Below are positions 25,936-36,725 of a stretch of DNA of 64,000 nt, piece after piece. Position 1 is the first letter of the stretch. Every line of letters begins with the position of its first letter. A program made the position numbers and the translations under genes. This DNA is from a virus (taxonomy: Duplodnaviria > Caudoviricetes): the IMG/VR virus record IMGVR_UViG_3300025295_000098, positions 14,600-78,599 of that record. The stretch is one strand, 5' to 3'. A model generated the notes under the pieces. That model was not told where the DNA came from, did not search any database, and was given only the letters and a program-made list of their open reading frames with translations.

Positions 25936-27033
25936 ATGGACTTTCATGACTACCATCAGGCTGCCGCTGCCTGGGACGCTCACCGCGGAATGTTCGAAGC
26001 GGCCGGCATCTACCTTCCCGATGCCAAGGCGTATGTCTGGAACGAGGCCAAGGTCAATTACATGGCCATGGACGCCCAGCCCGCACTTTCAACGGCGGCA
26101 AACACCGGCATCCCGGCGTTTCTCACGACCCTGATCGACCCGGATGTCTACCGGATCGTCTTCTCGCCGACCAAGGCAGCTGAGATCTTCGGCGAAACCC
26201 GCAAGGGCACGTGGATCGACCAGACCGCAATGTTCCCGGTCGTTGAATCCACGGGCGAAGTATCGTCCTACGGCGACTACAACGAGAACGGCCGCTCGGG
26301 TGCGAACATGAACTGGCCTCAGCGTCAGTCGTACCTTTTCCAGACCATCTCCGAATACGGTGAGCTGGAAATCGAGCGGGCTGGCCTCGGCCGGGTCAAC
26401 TGGGTCGGTGAAGTGGACGGCGCCGGCACCACGGTCCTGCATCGCTTCCTCAACCAGTCCTATTTCTTCGGCGTGCTTGGCCTTCAGAACTACGGTCTGC
26501 TGAATGACCCGAACCTGTCGGCGCCGATCACCCCGGCCACCAAGGCTTACGGTGGCGTGAAGTGGGTCAACAACGGCCAGATCGTTGCCACGGCAAACGA
26601 GATCTTCGCCGATATCCAGGCGCTCTGGTATCAGCTTCAGGGTCAGCAGGCCAACGGCCTCGTCGACCAGAACACGAAGATGACCCTGGCTCTGTCGCCT
26701 GGATCGGAACTCGCCATGACCGCGACCAACTCCTTCGGCGTCAACGTCTCCGATCTGCTGAAGAAGAACTTCCCGAACCTCCGGATTGTTTCGGCGGTGC
26801 AGTATGGGGCTCTGACAGCAAATAACCCGGTGGGTGTTGCCGCCGGCAATGTCGTCCAACTGATCGCCGATGCCATCGATGGCCAGAAGACCGGGTATTG
26901 CGCCTTCAACGAGAAGCTCCGCAGCCACCCGATCATTCGCGCCATGTCTTCCTGGAAGAAGAAGATGACGTCGGGCACCTGGGGCGCCGTGATCCGCATG
27001 CCGCTCGCCATCAGCCAGATGGTGGGCGTCTAA
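25936..27033 (+). CDS. Major capsid protein (DUF2184 type)
   Basis: GEVSSYGDY, YFFGV.GLQNYGLLNDPNL, TSGTWGAVIRMP. Confidence 0.9.
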   Translation: MDFHDYHQAAAAWDAHRGMFEAAGIYLPDAKAYVWNEAKVNYMAMDAQPALSTAANTGIPAFLTTLIDPDVYRIVFSPTKAAEIFGETRKGTWIDQTAMFPVVESTGEVSSYGDYNENGRSGANMNWPQRQSYLFQTISEYGELEIERAGLGRVNWVGEVDGAGTTVLHRFLNQSYFFGVLGLQNYGLLNDPNLSAPITPATKAYGGVKWVNNGQIVATANEIFADIQALWYQLQGQQANGLVDQNTKMTLALSPGSELAMTATNSFGVNVSDLLKKNFPNLRIVSAVQYGALTANNPVGVAAGNVVQLIADAIDGQKTGYCAFNEKLRSHPIIRAMSSWKKKMTSGTWGAVIRMPLAISQMVGV

Positions 27034-27164
27034 GCCAGCAGCGGGAGCCTTTCACCCATAAGTTCGGCGGGCGCGGACGCGCGCCTTGACGACCCAGCGG
27101 CCCGTTCCTCCCAAGGCAACCTGCTGGATCCGTGACGCCGACGTCTGTCAACCAGGAGCAAGAA

Positions 27165-27584
27165 ATGTCTGAAACTGTAACCGTGGCATGTAAGATGCCA
27201 CATGGCCTGATCCTTCGCGTCTTCGACAAGGTGAAATTTCAGGAACCTATGCCGGGAGGCGGCACAAAGCCTGTCGATCGCGCCATGCCTCGTCCCCAGA
27301 CCGTGACGCTCAAGGGCTATCTCGAAAAGTACGATCCGAGCATCCCGCCGGCGGCCCGTGGATCGAGCTATGCGCTCACGTATGGCGTCGACAAGGAGTT
27401 CTTTGAGCTTTGGCTGAAGCAGAACCATGACCTCGATGCGGTCGTGAACCACCTGGTCTTTGCCCACGACCAGGACACTGCCGGCATGGCGGAAGAATAT
27501 CGCAGCACGAAGTCCGGGCTCGAGCCTGTCGACCCGGCGAAGCTCAAGGGTCGAGTTCAGACCTTCGACAAAGACGCCGCTTAA
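27165..27584 (+). CDS. Conserved structural/head-completion protein
   Basis: VTVACKMPHGL..., GVDKEFFELW; position after capsid. Confidence 0.65.
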   Translation: MSETVTVACKMPHGLILRVFDKVKFQEPMPGGGTKPVDRAMPRPQTVTLKGYLEKYDPSIPPAARGSSYALTYGVDKEFFELWLKQNHDLDAVVNHLVFAHDQDTAGMAEEYRSTKSGLEPVDPAKLKGRVQTFDKDAA

Positions 27585-27599
27585 CCGGAGTGATCGCTG

Positions 27600-28043
27600 A
27601 TGGGCGTGGCCGTTCAATTCAATTATGCAAACTGGGCGGCCACTTTCCCGCAATTCTCTCCGGCGCTGGATGAGGCTACCGTCACCAATCTGATCCTACC
27701 GATCGCAGAAATCTATTGCCGCAATGACGGCGGTGGACCGGTCAGCAAGGCAGAGACACAGACGGTCCTGCTTAATCTCATGGTCGCCCATGTGGCGCAG
27801 CTGATGTACGGGCCGAAAGGCGAAGGCATCACTGGGGCTGGCGGCAGCGGGATCGTGGGTCGCATCAGTAGCGCGACCGAGGGCAGTGTGTCGGTCTCGG
27901 CGGAATTTCCGACGACGCCAAACAACGCGTGGTTCCTGCAAACGACCTTCGGGGCCGCTTTCTGGCAGGTAACGGCTGCGTACCGGACCATGCGATACAT
28001 TCCGGGGCCGCGCCGAAACATGAACCCGTGGCTAAATCAATAG
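27600..28043 (+). CDS. Head-tail adaptor (DUF4054 type)
   Basis: FPQF, LMVAH, GRISSATEGSVSVS, TTFGAAFWQ. Confidence 0.85.
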   Translation: MGVAVQFNYANWAATFPQFSPALDEATVTNLILPIAEIYCRNDGGGPVSKAETQTVLLNLMVAHVAQLMYGPKGEGITGAGGSGIVGRISSATEGSVSVSAEFPTTPNNAWFLQTTFGAAFWQVTAAYRTMRYIPGPRRNMNPWLNQ

Positions 28044-28053
28044 GAGGTCCGAG

Positions 28054-28233
28054 ATGGACAAGGAACTTCGCAAGGAATTCCGCGAATGGAAAGTCGAGGT
28101 GGATGACCGCCTCGACCGGCTCGAAGCCGCACAGGTAGCCAAGGACGCGGCATCCGCCGCCCAGGCTCCGCAGGCCACGGCGAGCAAGAAAGCCGCTGCC
28201 GACGCAGCCACCTCGGAAAAGGAGGGCAACTGA
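28054..28233 (+). CDS. Small hypothetical protein, 59 aa
   Basis: AGGAGG RBS; TGATG coupling to next gene. Confidence 0.6.
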   Translation: MDKELRKEFREWKVEVDDRLDRLEAAQVAKDAASAAQAPQATASKKAAADAATSEKEGN

Positions 28234-28709
28234 TGGATATCGACGCTTACGAAAAGCACATCCGCCGGCTAATTGCCGAGGTGGAGTCCCTGCAAACCCG
28301 CTTGGCGGTTTACGAGCCGATGCTGGTAGAGATGCTGCCGTCGTGGCTGGAATACCAAGCCAATCAGGAGCCCGCCAGCGACCAGGCCCCGGCCGAAGGG
28401 GGATCACCTGCCGCTGATCAGCAGGCAGCCACTCCCCCCGTCGCGCCGATCGAAGGCGAGAGCGGGCAGGCGCCTGTGGCAGATGCACCTGCCGCCGATG
28501 CTCCGACAGGTGAGCCCGGACCTGCGGCGGCCCCTGAACCCAGCACGGGTGGCGAACCTCCAACCGCGCCCGAGGGCGCTGAGGCTTCTGCTCCTGAAGA
28601 GGCGGAGAAACCCGCCGGTGGCGATCAGCCGGAGACATCTGGAGACGTGCCTGCCGAGGCTCCTGTCGCCGCCGATGAACTCGAAGAGCCCCCGCCGGAC
28701 GCTGCCTAA
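28233..28709 (+). CDS. Pro/Ala/Glu-rich low-complexity protein
   Basis: Short N-terminal coiled coil then PAE-rich tail. Confidence 0.6.
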   Translation: MDIDAYEKHIRRLIAEVESLQTRLAVYEPMLVEMLPSWLEYQANQEPASDQAPAEGGSPAADQQAATPPVAPIEGESGQAPVADAPAADAPTGEPGPAAAPEPSTGGEPPTAPEGAEASAPEEAEKPAGGDQPETSGDVPAEAPVAADELEEPPPDAA

Positions 28710-29248
28710 TGGTCACGCTGAAGGGCGGCGACAAGCTGGCCGCCGCCTTGGCCGAGATCGCCAAGAACATCGAGAAGGCATCGTCGGTGGATATCGGCTT
28801 CCTCGAAGGGGCAACCTATCCCGATGGGAAGTCCGTCCCAGAGATCGCGGCGATCCAAGAATTCGGCGCGCCAAAGGCGGGTATCCCGCCACGTCCGTTC
28901 TTCCGCACCATGATTTCCGACAAAAGCCCGGAATGGCCGGATGCTGTCGGCAATCTGCTGGTCAGCAACGGCTATGACGCCGCGAAGACCCTTGGGCAGA
29001 CCGGCGAGGCGATCAAAGGCCAGCTTCAGCAGTCGATCATCGATACGTTCAATCCGCCGCTAAGCCCGGTCACACTGATGCTGCGCAAGATGCGCGCCGA
29101 CAATCCCGACCTGGTTGTGACGGGCAAGACGGTCGGCGAAGCGGCTCGGCGCGTGAAGGCCGGCGAAAGCACGGGAGGAGTCTCCACCAAGCCACTGGTG
29201 GATTCCGGAGTGCTCCTGTCGAGTGTGGATTACGAAGTGAAATCGTAA
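28709..29248 (+). CDS. Neck/tail-completion protein
   Basis: ATYPDG, IQEFGAP..GIPPRPFFR, KPLVDSG. Confidence 0.8.
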   Translation: MVTLKGGDKLAAALAEIAKNIEKASSVDIGFLEGATYPDGKSVPEIAAIQEFGAPKAGIPPRPFFRTMISDKSPEWPDAVGNLLVSNGYDAAKTLGQTGEAIKGQLQQSIIDTFNPPLSPVTLMLRKMRADNPDLVVTGKTVGEAARRVKAGESTGGVSTKPLVDSGVLLSSVDYEVKS

Positions 29249-29260
29249 GGAATTGAGCAA

Positions 29261-29773
29261 ATGAAACTGAGATACGTTGTTGCGGCGATACTCCTTACCG
29301 GAATCACGGCCGCTTGGGCTCAGACGGCTATAATCACCGGGAACGAGTTCCAGACGGCAACGCCGGGGAAAACCGTCTCCGGCGTCGTCAGCATGTGCAT
29401 CAACGGCAGCAACCAGGCGATCCCTTGCCCGACCGGCGGCTCAACGGCGGTCACGCAAGGGACCGACCCGTGGAATGTCGCCTATAACATCCCATCCGTT
29501 GCGAAGACGGTGGCAGGGTGCACCGTCGCGGCGACCTCCGGCGCTTGCCTGGGGGCAAACCCACGTGTGTGGGTGCAAATGCAGAACACATCCGCATCGG
29601 CGACCGTCGCGTGTTCGTGGGTTGGCGCTGCCACGCTCAATGGCACGGCATCGTTCATGCTGGCCCCCGGTCAAAGCGCATCGTGGGGACCGACGACCGG
29701 CGGAGCGCCCAACCAAGCGCTAAACTGCATCGCTACGGCTGGCTCAACGCCGTTGTATGTGGAGCAAAATTGA
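29261..29773 (+). CDS. Signal-peptide-bearing protein within structural module
   Basis: MKLRYVVAAILLTGITAAWA-Q; beta-rich mature part. Confidence 0.65.
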   Translation: MKLRYVVAAILLTGITAAWAQTAIITGNEFQTATPGKTVSGVVSMCINGSNQAIPCPTGGSTAVTQGTDPWNVAYNIPSVAKTVAGCTVAATSGACLGANPRVWVQMQNTSASATVACSWVGAATLNGTASFMLAPGQSASWGPTTGGAPNQALNCIATAGSTPLYVEQN

Positions 29774-30375
29774 TGAAAAAGATTGCTCTCGCTTTTCTCC
29801 TGGTGTTCGCCAGTTTCAGTTTTGCGCATGCTCAGATTGCGCCGCTGCCGGTGGGACCGAATATCGCCGTTAGTGGGAACATCACGGCCAAGGGGCTCGT
29901 GAGTTCCACCAACAATACCACAGCGGCCGGCCCGACGAATTCGGGCGTCGCATTGTCTGCCGCTCCCGATGTTGCCGACACGCTCTTCTTTGATGCTTCG
30001 CAAACGGCCAACAATCGCACCTATGAGATCCTGGGGTTTCAGGGTGGCTTGAACTTCCGGTTCAAAAACGATGCGGGTAACTCGGCCACGACATGGCTCA
30101 AGGCATCTGGCGGCCAAGCGGCTGGGATTACCGGGATCACGTCCAACAGCGGTTCCGGCGCTTGGGTGCATACTGGCGCGTTCGCCGCGAACAGCTTGCA
30201 GTCAAAGACCGTCTTTACCGTAGCGACATTGCCGACATGCAACGCGGGCGCCGAGGGCACGTTTGCCGCGGTGAGCGATGCCGCGGCAGCGCCCGTCTAT
30301 AATGCGACTGCAGCGGGGGGCGGTAGTGTCCATCTGCCTGTCTATTGCAACGGCACGAACTGGACCAATCATTAA
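29773..30375 (+). CDS. Signal-peptide-bearing fibre-like protein
   Basis: MKKIALAFLLVFASFSFAHA-Q; C-term TVATLPTC...AVSD...VYCNGTNW fibre-tip-like motif. Confidence 0.65.
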   Translation: MKKIALAFLLVFASFSFAHAQIAPLPVGPNIAVSGNITAKGLVSSTNNTTAAGPTNSGVALSAAPDVADTLFFDASQTANNRTYEILGFQGGLNFRFKNDAGNSATTWLKASGGQAAGITGITSNSGSGAWVHTGAFAANSLQSKTVFTVATLPTCNAGAEGTFAAVSDAAAAPVYNATAAGGGSVHLPVYCNGTNWTNH

Positions 30376-30392
30376 ATTCGGCGGGTAACCTC

Positions 30393-30770
30393 ATGAACCT
30401 ACACGGTATCGTGGCGCCGGCCATCGGCGCGGTTAACCCGTTTGTCTCTGCCACCATGCAGGTCAGCACGGGGTATACGACCAATCCGGACGGGTCTCGT
30501 GTCCCCACCTATAGTACGGTAACCGGCCAGGTTCAGGTCCAGGCTTTGACGTACAAGGACCTGAAGCAGTTGGAGGGCATCAACATGAATGGTGCCGCCC
30601 GTGCCATCTATTTCTACGGCGAGTTCAATGGTGTCCTTCGCGCCCGTCAGAAGGGCGGCGATATCGTGACACTCTCGGATGGTCCGAACGTCGGGAAGTG
30701 GCTCATCGTGCAGATGCTGGAAACCTGGCCTGATTGGAGCAAGGCAGCCGTGGTGTTGCAGACGGATTGA
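30393..30770 (+). CDS. Head closure/neck protein
   Basis: MNLHGIV..AIGAVNP; GV.RARQKGGD; ETWPDW. Confidence 0.75.
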   Translation: MNLHGIVAPAIGAVNPFVSATMQVSTGYTTNPDGSRVPTYSTVTGQVQVQALTYKDLKQLEGINMNGAARAIYFYGEFNGVLRARQKGGDIVTLSDGPNVGKWLIVQMLETWPDWSKAAVVLQTD

Positions 30771-30776
30771 TCGATC

Positions 30777-31508
30777 ATGACATTGCAGCCACCGTCACCC
30801 ACGCAGTCAAATATCTTGACGGCGCTACGATCCTTCCTGCTGGCCGTATTGCCGGCCGGGACGGAAGTGGTGCAGGGGCAGGAGAACCGCGTGCCTGAGC
30901 CGATCGGCGATGATTTCGTGATCATGACGCCGTTCCTTCAGAACCGTCTGGCAACGAATATCGACACCTACGCCGATGTCTCGTTCACCGCCTCGATCGC
31001 GGGAATGGTGATGACCGTGACGGCGGTAGAATTTGGCGCGTTGGCCGTGGGTCAACTCGTGTTCGGCGTCGGCGTTTCTGCCTTGACCACGATCACGGCA
31101 TTGGGGACCGGAACCGGCGGCGTGGGTACCTATACCATTTCCGCCACGCAAACCGTCCCGAACCGAAAGATGGCATCGGGCAGTGAAACACTGCTCCAGC
31201 CCACCCGCGTCACCGTCCAACTCGACGTTCACGGAAACAACGGCGCGGAAAACGCGCAGACCATATCGACCTTGTTCCGCGACGATTATGCGGTGCAGGC
31301 CTTCAAGGCATCCGGCTTCGATGTCTCGCCCCTCTATGTGAGCGATCCGAAGCAACTGCCGTTTGAAAATGAAAACCATCAAATCGAAAGCCGCTGGGTG
31401 ATCGACGCCGTGATGCAAGCCAACCAGGTGCTGGCTGGCCTTCCGCAACAATTCGCAGACGAGCTCGATATCGCAGTCATCGATGTCGAAGCTGCCTATC
31501 CCGCCTAA
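30777..31508 (+). CDS. Tail terminator/neck protein with one inserted Gly/Thr module
   Basis: [24 protein letters not shown] motifs; position before sheath. Confidence 0.75.
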   Translation: MTLQPPSPTQSNILTALRSFLLAVLPAGTEVVQGQENRVPEPIGDDFVIMTPFLQNRLATNIDTYADVSFTASIAGMVMTVTAVEFGALAVGQLVFGVGVSALTTITALGTGTGGVGTYTISATQTVPNRKMASGSETLLQPTRVTVQLDVHGNNGAENAQTISTLFRDDYAVQAFKASGFDVSPLYVSDPKQLPFENENHQIESRWVIDAVMQANQVLAGLPQQFADELDIAVIDVEAAYPA

Positions 31509-31534
31509 TCCATCTTCATAGAAGGAAGACGACC

Positions 31535-33481
31535 TTGACCACGATCCCAGCTTCGGCGCTTGTGAACGTAATCCCGAACGTGCTGAACGCCGGCGGCAAT
31601 GCGCTCGTTCTGAACGGCCTCATCCTGACCAGCAACTCTCGCGTTCCTGCGGGGCAGGTGCTGTCCTTCCCGAATGACGGTGTTTCCGTCTCGACCTACT
31701 TCGGCCCGTCGGCCAAAGAAGTCGAGATCGCGGACATCTATTTCAACGGATTCAATGGCTCGACGCAGAAGCCTGCGGATATCCTGTTCACGCAGTATAA
31801 CCCGGCGGCGGTCGCGGCCTATCTGCGCGGCGGCCCCGTCAACACGTTGACCATTCCTCAACTCCAGGGGCTTAGCGGCTCTCTGTCGATCATCGTCGAC
31901 GGCTACACCTACAGTGCCGCGAGCATCGTCTTGTCGTCGGCCACCAGCTATTCCGCCGCCGCGACCCTGATCAAGACCGGCCTGAATGCCAGCCTTCCAG
32001 CCGCAGCCAGCTTCACCGGCGCCATTGCGGCAGGGACTGCATCCGTGACGGCTTCGATCGCCGGCAACGTCATGTATGTCACGGCGGTATCATCCGGGAC
32101 CCTCGTCCCCGGCGCCATCATCTCCGGGACCGGCGTCACGGCAGGAACCCAGATCCAGTCGCAGCTTTCTGGCACGACCGGTGGCGTCGGGACTTATGCC
32201 GTGTCGCAGACGCAGGTGGTCGCCAGTGGCACGATATCGGCTACCTATGGCACCTTGACGGTGTCTGCCGTGGCTTCCGGCACGCTTTCCATTGGCCAGA
32301 CCATCGCTGGCGGCACGACGGTGGCCGGTACTCAGATCACGGCTCTCGGGACCGGTACGGGTCTCACCGGCACCTATATCGTCCAGACCACTCAGACCGT
32401 CGTCAGCGGCGCATTGACGGCGACCGGATCAGCGCTCAATGTCACCTTCGATTCCGTGTCGGGCGGCTTCATCATCACGTCCGGCTCGACGGGTGCGCAA
32501 TCCACGATCCAATTCCCGACCGGCACACTCGCTGCTCCGATCTTCCTGACCTCGGCGACGGGCGCCATTCTGTCTCCCGGCGCGGCTCCGGCCTCTCCAT
32601 CGGCGTTCATGACGAACATCACGCAGGTGACCCAGAACTGGGCCTCGTTCATGACGATCTTCGATCCGGATAGCGGCTCTGGCAGTGTGCAGAAGCAGGC
32701 CTTCGCGACGTGGACCAACGGCAAAAACAAGCGATATGCCTATATCGCCTGGGATACGGACATCACCGCCACCCAGAGCAACAATGCGACGACCAGCTTC
32801 GGCCACATCATCAAGGCGGCTGAAATGGACGGCACGTGCGCGATCTACGACCCCGCGAATGGCGTCGATATCGCGGCCTTCGTCTGCGGTACCGCTGCCT
32901 CGATCGATTTCGAGGCGACGAACGGGCGCATCACCTTCGCCTTCCGAGGTCAGGATGGTCTGACTGCCGGCGTGACGACCGCGACGGCAGCCGACAACCT
33001 CATCGCCAACGGGTATAACTTCTACGGCGCCTATGCCACGGCCAACCAGCAGTTCCTGGAATTCCAGCCGGGCGGCGTTTCCGGCGAGTTCCAGTGGCTT
33101 GACAGCTACATGAACCAGATATGGCTCAATAACGCACTTCAGCTCGCACTGATGGAGCTGCTGCAGAACATCAATTCCGTGCCGTACAACACCGCCGGCT
33201 ATGAGTTGATCAAGCAGGCCTGCGCCGATCCGATCAATGCCGCCCTGAATTTCGGCGCCATCCGTGCCGGCGTCACGCTCTCGTCGCTTCAGGCGGCGCA
33301 GATCAACACGGCGGCCGGAACGAAGGTCAGCGACGTGCTGCAAATCCAGGGATGGTTCCTTCAGGTCAAGGACGCCGCTCCCCAGGTGAGACAGGCCCGT
33401 CAGACGCCGCCGTGCAATTTCTGGTATCTCGACGGCCAGAGCGTCCAACAGATCACGCTGAGCAGCGTCCTGGTTCAGTAA
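31535..33481 (+). CDS. Tail sheath protein (DUF3383 type)
   Basis: IPAS.LVNV.PNVL N-term; [22 protein letters not shown]. Confidence 0.92.
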   Translation: MTTIPASALVNVIPNVLNAGGNALVLNGLILTSNSRVPAGQVLSFPNDGVSVSTYFGPSAKEVEIADIYFNGFNGSTQKPADILFTQYNPAAVAAYLRGGPVNTLTIPQLQGLSGSLSIIVDGYTYSAASIVLSSATSYSAAATLIKTGLNASLPAAASFTGAIAAGTASVTASIAGNVMYVTAVSSGTLVPGAIISGTGVTAGTQIQSQLSGTTGGVGTYAVSQTQVVASGTISATYGTLTVSAVASGTLSIGQTIAGGTTVAGTQITALGTGTGLTGTYIVQTTQTVVSGALTATGSALNVTFDSVSGGFIITSGSTGAQSTIQFPTGTLAAPIFLTSATGAILSPGAAPASPSAFMTNITQVTQNWASFMTIFDPDSGSGSVQKQAFATWTNGKNKRYAYIAWDTDITATQSNNATTSFGHIIKAAEMDGTCAIYDPANGVDIAAFVCGTAASIDFEATNGRITFAFRGQDGLTAGVTTATAADNLIANGYNFYGAYATANQQFLEFQPGGVSGEFQWLDSYMNQIWLNNALQLALMELLQNINSVPYNTAGYELIKQACADPINAALNFGAIRAGVTLSSLQAAQINTAAGTKVSDVLQIQGWFLQVKDAAPQVRQARQTPPCNFWYLDGQSVQQITLSSVLVQ

Positions 33482-33510
33482 TCACTTCCGCAAAAATCTA
33501 GGAGACCATC

Positions 33511-33942
33511 ATGGCGACAATCACTTCCGCCAATGCGATCGTCATGCTCAGCATCCCGGGGCTGTTCGATGTTCCTCAGCAGATCCAAGGCTTTTCTGCT
33601 GACAACATCTACACCCAGGACACGCTGGAAGTGACGCAGACTTCCATGGGCGTAGACGGCAAGCTGTCCGGCGGTTTCGTCTTCACCGCCGTCTCGCAGA
33701 CCTTCACGCTGCAGGCGGATTCCCCGTCCAATGTCATCTTCGACACATGGGCGCAGAACCAGCGCTTGCAGAAGGACGTCTACGTCGCCCAGGGGCGCAT
33801 CACGCTTCCCTCGATCGGGTTCCTTTACGTCCAGACCAAGGGCTTCCTGGTGAGCTATCCGCCGCTGCCAAGCGCCGCCAAGACGCTCCAGCCCCGCGCT
33901 TACCAGATCCAGTGGGAAAGCGTCGTACCGCAGCCGAACTAA
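33511..33942 (+). CDS. Tail tube protein
   Basis: ITSANA, QGFSAD, MGVDGKLSGG; follows sheath. Confidence 0.88.
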   Translation: MATITSANAIVMLSIPGLFDVPQQIQGFSADNIYTQDTLEVTQTSMGVDGKLSGGFVFTAVSQTFTLQADSPSNVIFDTWAQNQRLQKDVYVAQGRITLPSIGFLYVQTKGFLVSYPPLPSAAKTLQPRAYQIQWESVVPQPN

Positions 33943-33953
33943 GAGGTGATCTT

Positions 33954-34478
33954 GTGGCTCGCAAGGAAATCGATATCACGATCTCGGAAGGAACGCCGGA
34001 GACCAACCGGGACTTCGGCAAAACCTTCCATATTCGTGAGATGTCAGCGTCGCAGGCAGAAAAATGGGCAGTTCGTATGCTCATGATCGCCACGAAGTCG
34101 GGCGCCGACATCGGGAATGCCGAAGGGCTCGGCATGGCAGGCATCGCCATGCTCGGCGCCGAGGCGGTGATGAAAGCCAATTTCGGTGAAATCGAGCCGT
34201 TGCTCGACGAGATGATGGCCTGCGTTTCCATCAAGCCGGATCGAAACAATCCGAACGTGGTCCGTGGTCTGATCGAAGACGACATCGAAGAGATCAAGAC
34301 CCGCTTCGAACTGCGCCGCGAGGTGCTGAAGCTCCACATGGGTTTTTCGCAACAAGACAGCGGATCGACGCAGACCGGGTCGCCGCCCCAGGAAGCGCCA
34401 ACGTCATCGAATATCCCAACATTCCCCGAACCATCGGTGCGGTTCTCTCAATCTCCCAAAACAAAACACAAGCCCTGA
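33954..34478 (+). CDS. Tail assembly chaperone (G)
   Basis: GTG start after GAGG; RDFGKTF.I.EM.A.QAEKWA; DIEEIKT...LR. Confidence 0.82.
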   Translation: MARKEIDITISEGTPETNRDFGKTFHIREMSASQAEKWAVRMLMIATKSGADIGNAEGLGMAGIAMLGAEAVMKANFGEIEPLLDEMMACVSIKPDRNNPNVVRGLIEDDIEEIKTRFELRREVLKLHMGFSQQDSGSTQTGSPPQEAPTSSNIPTFPEPSVRFSQSPKTKHKP

Positions 34479-34591
34479 GGGACTTGGACGAGCATCTGTC
34501 GGTCGAAGACGTCTACGACATTCTCGAGGTCGCGACGGTCGACGGATACAATATGCAAACGCTGAGAGAAGCGGCGAAGAGGAGGGGCTGA
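33954..34591 (+). CDS. Tail assembly chaperone extension (GT) via -1 frameshift at 34340-34346
   Basis: In-frame slippery G GGT TTT; -1 frame open for 83 codons (..YPNIPRTIGAVLS..LDEHLSVEDVYDILEV..) ending 1 nt before tape-measure start. Confidence 0.8.
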
Positions 34592-34592
34592 C

Positions 34593-36725
34593 GTGGGCAC
34601 TGTCATCGACAGCCTCATTGTAACGCTCGGGCTTGACCCGGCCCAGTTCAACAAGGGGCAGAAAGAGGCCGCCAACGCCTTCATCAAGACGCAGCAGCAG
34701 GCGGAAAAGTCCGGAAAGCTGATCGAAGATTCGGCCAAGAAAACGGCCAATGCGATCTCGTCTGTCACGCGCGAAGTCCTGTCGCTCTACGCAGTGTTCC
34801 TCGGGGCGCGGGGCATCAAGGAATTCGTCCAGGATCTGACGCTCGCCGACGCGGCCCTCGGCCGGTTTGCGCGCAACCTGAACGAATCCCCCCAGACCAT
34901 CGCGGCATGGGGCAATGCCGCCGAGCGCATGGGCGGTTCCGCCGAGGCGACCGCCGGCTCCTTCGAGCGTATCGGCAAGGCGCTCTACGATCTGCACCGC
35001 AATGGCCAGATGCTGCCGAAGGAATTCTCGCAGCTCCAGGCCCTGACCGGTCGGCGCATCGACACGGAACACGGTGTCGATCGCTTCCTGAAGGATACCG
35101 CCGGCGCATTGAAGGCCATGTCGGCCATTGATCCTGCACAGGCGCATTTTCTTGCCCAGGGCATGGGGATCGACGACGCCACCGCCAACGTCATGATCAA
35201 GTATGGCGACGCGATCGGCGCCTACATCGACCAGATCAAGAAGCTGTCGCCGACGGGAGACGCCATCAAGGCGGCTCAAGACCTTCAGGAGAAGTGGAAA
35301 ACCCTCCAGCAGACCGCAGTGGCGCTGGCGAACACCATCCTGTCGACGCTCGGTCCCGAACTGTCGAAACTGCTCACGCAGATGACGGATTGGGTCACCA
35401 AGAACAGCGACTGGCTGCAGAGCGGCATTGTCGAGGCTGTCAAGGATTTCGCCAACTATCTGAAGGGCATCGACTGGGCCGCGATCGGCGATGGGCTTCG
35501 CACCTTCGGTGAGGACGCCCACAAGGTCGCCGACGCCATAGGCGGCATAACGACGGCTACGGAAGCGTTGTTCCTGCTTTGGGCCGGGAGCAAGGCGCTT
35601 GGCGTCATTTCCTCATTGAGGACGGCCGTGGCGGGAGGCGCTGCGCCGGCGGCAGCTGCGAGCGGTGGCCTCTGGGGCCTGTTGGGTGGCCTCAGAGGTT
35701 TGGCCGCCGGAACGACTGGCTTCGCAGCTGCGATGACGCTGGGCCGGGGTGGCGAAGTGCGGCCGCTCAATGATCGCATGATGGAGCTTTTCCTGAAAAG
35801 CCACGGCACGAATATGATGCCGGGCACCGGTGGATCGACGCGCGGCCGTTACCGCGGCGATGGGATGCAGCCAGATCGGGAACGCAGCCTCAACGACTTC
35901 CTCAACGGTTCTGTCGACGGCCGACCGGTCTCGAAGTCCAACCCGCTCCCCGTCACGATCTCCGACAAGGATTCGAATGGCGGCGGGTTCTGGGGAAAGG
36001 TCGGAACGGCGATCAGCTCATTCTTCGGTGCCGGCAGTTCTTCGGGTAGCGAAAACAACTCGTCGGATTCACCCCTCAGGGCAACCGGTCCATCGGCCGG
36101 CGTCCGGGGATGGTGGACGAAGGATCGCCAGCAGCACGCTTACGATCGTCTGACGAAAGAGGCGGGACTGAGTGATGCCGGCGCCAAGGGGCTTATCTCG
36201 CGCTGGATGAACGTCGAGGCCTCAGGCGGTCCGTCGTCCCGCAATTCCATCGGCGCATGGGGCATTGCTCAGTGGCTCGGCGATCGCCAGAAGGGGATCA
36301 ACGGAAACTCGGATTACGATGCTCAATTGGCGCATGCCATCAAGGAGCTGAACACCACCGAAAGGAAGGCCGGCGACGCGCTCCGAAACGCTAAAACAGC
36401 GGCGCAAGGGGCAATCGGCGCCAGCATGTACGAGCGGGCCGAAGGGTATAATCCTCTCACCGGCCGTGACAACTTCACCGGGCGCACGCTGGGCGGAATG
36501 GCCGGCATCGGCGATTATGTTGGTTCGGTCCTGTCGGGATCGGCTCTTTCGTCGATCCAGAATGACCATCGCGTGACCACCTCCAACTCTTCGAACGAAA
36601 TGAACGTCGGCACCATCAATGTGAACGCGCCGAACGCCACGGACTCGAAGGGTATCGCCAGCAGCATCACCGACAGCCTGTTTCGGCAGACGTTGGCGGC
36701 AACGGCAAACTACGGACCTCGATAA
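34593..36725 (+). CDS. Tape measure protein with C-terminal phage-tail lysozyme-like domain
   Basis: VIDSLIVTLGLD N-term, helical body, E-S-G...GIAQW.G.R lytic motif. Confidence 0.9.
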   Translation: MGTVIDSLIVTLGLDPAQFNKGQKEAANAFIKTQQQAEKSGKLIEDSAKKTANAISSVTREVLSLYAVFLGARGIKEFVQDLTLADAALGRFARNLNESPQTIAAWGNAAERMGGSAEATAGSFERIGKALYDLHRNGQMLPKEFSQLQALTGRRIDTEHGVDRFLKDTAGALKAMSAIDPAQAHFLAQGMGIDDATANVMIKYGDAIGAYIDQIKKLSPTGDAIKAAQDLQEKWKTLQQTAVALANTILSTLGPELSKLLTQMTDWVTKNSDWLQSGIVEAVKDFANYLKGIDWAAIGDGLRTFGEDAHKVADAIGGITTATEALFLLWAGSKALGVISSLRTAVAGGAAPAAAASGGLWGLLGGLRGLAAGTTGFAAAMTLGRGGEVRPLNDRMMELFLKSHGTNMMPGTGGSTRGRYRGDGMQPDRERSLNDFLNGSVDGRPVSKSNPLPVTISDKDSNGGGFWGKVGTAISSFFGAGSSSGSENNSSDSPLRATGPSAGVRGWWTKDRQQHAYDRLTKEAGLSDAGAKGLISRWMNVEASGGPSSRNSIGAWGIAQWLGDRQKGINGNSDYDAQLAHAIKELNTTERKAGDALRNAKTAAQGAIGASMYERAEGYNPLTGRDNFTGRTLGGMAGIGDYVGSVLSGSALSSIQNDHRVTTSNSSNEMNVGTINVNAPNATDSKGIASSITDSLFRQTLAATANYGPR

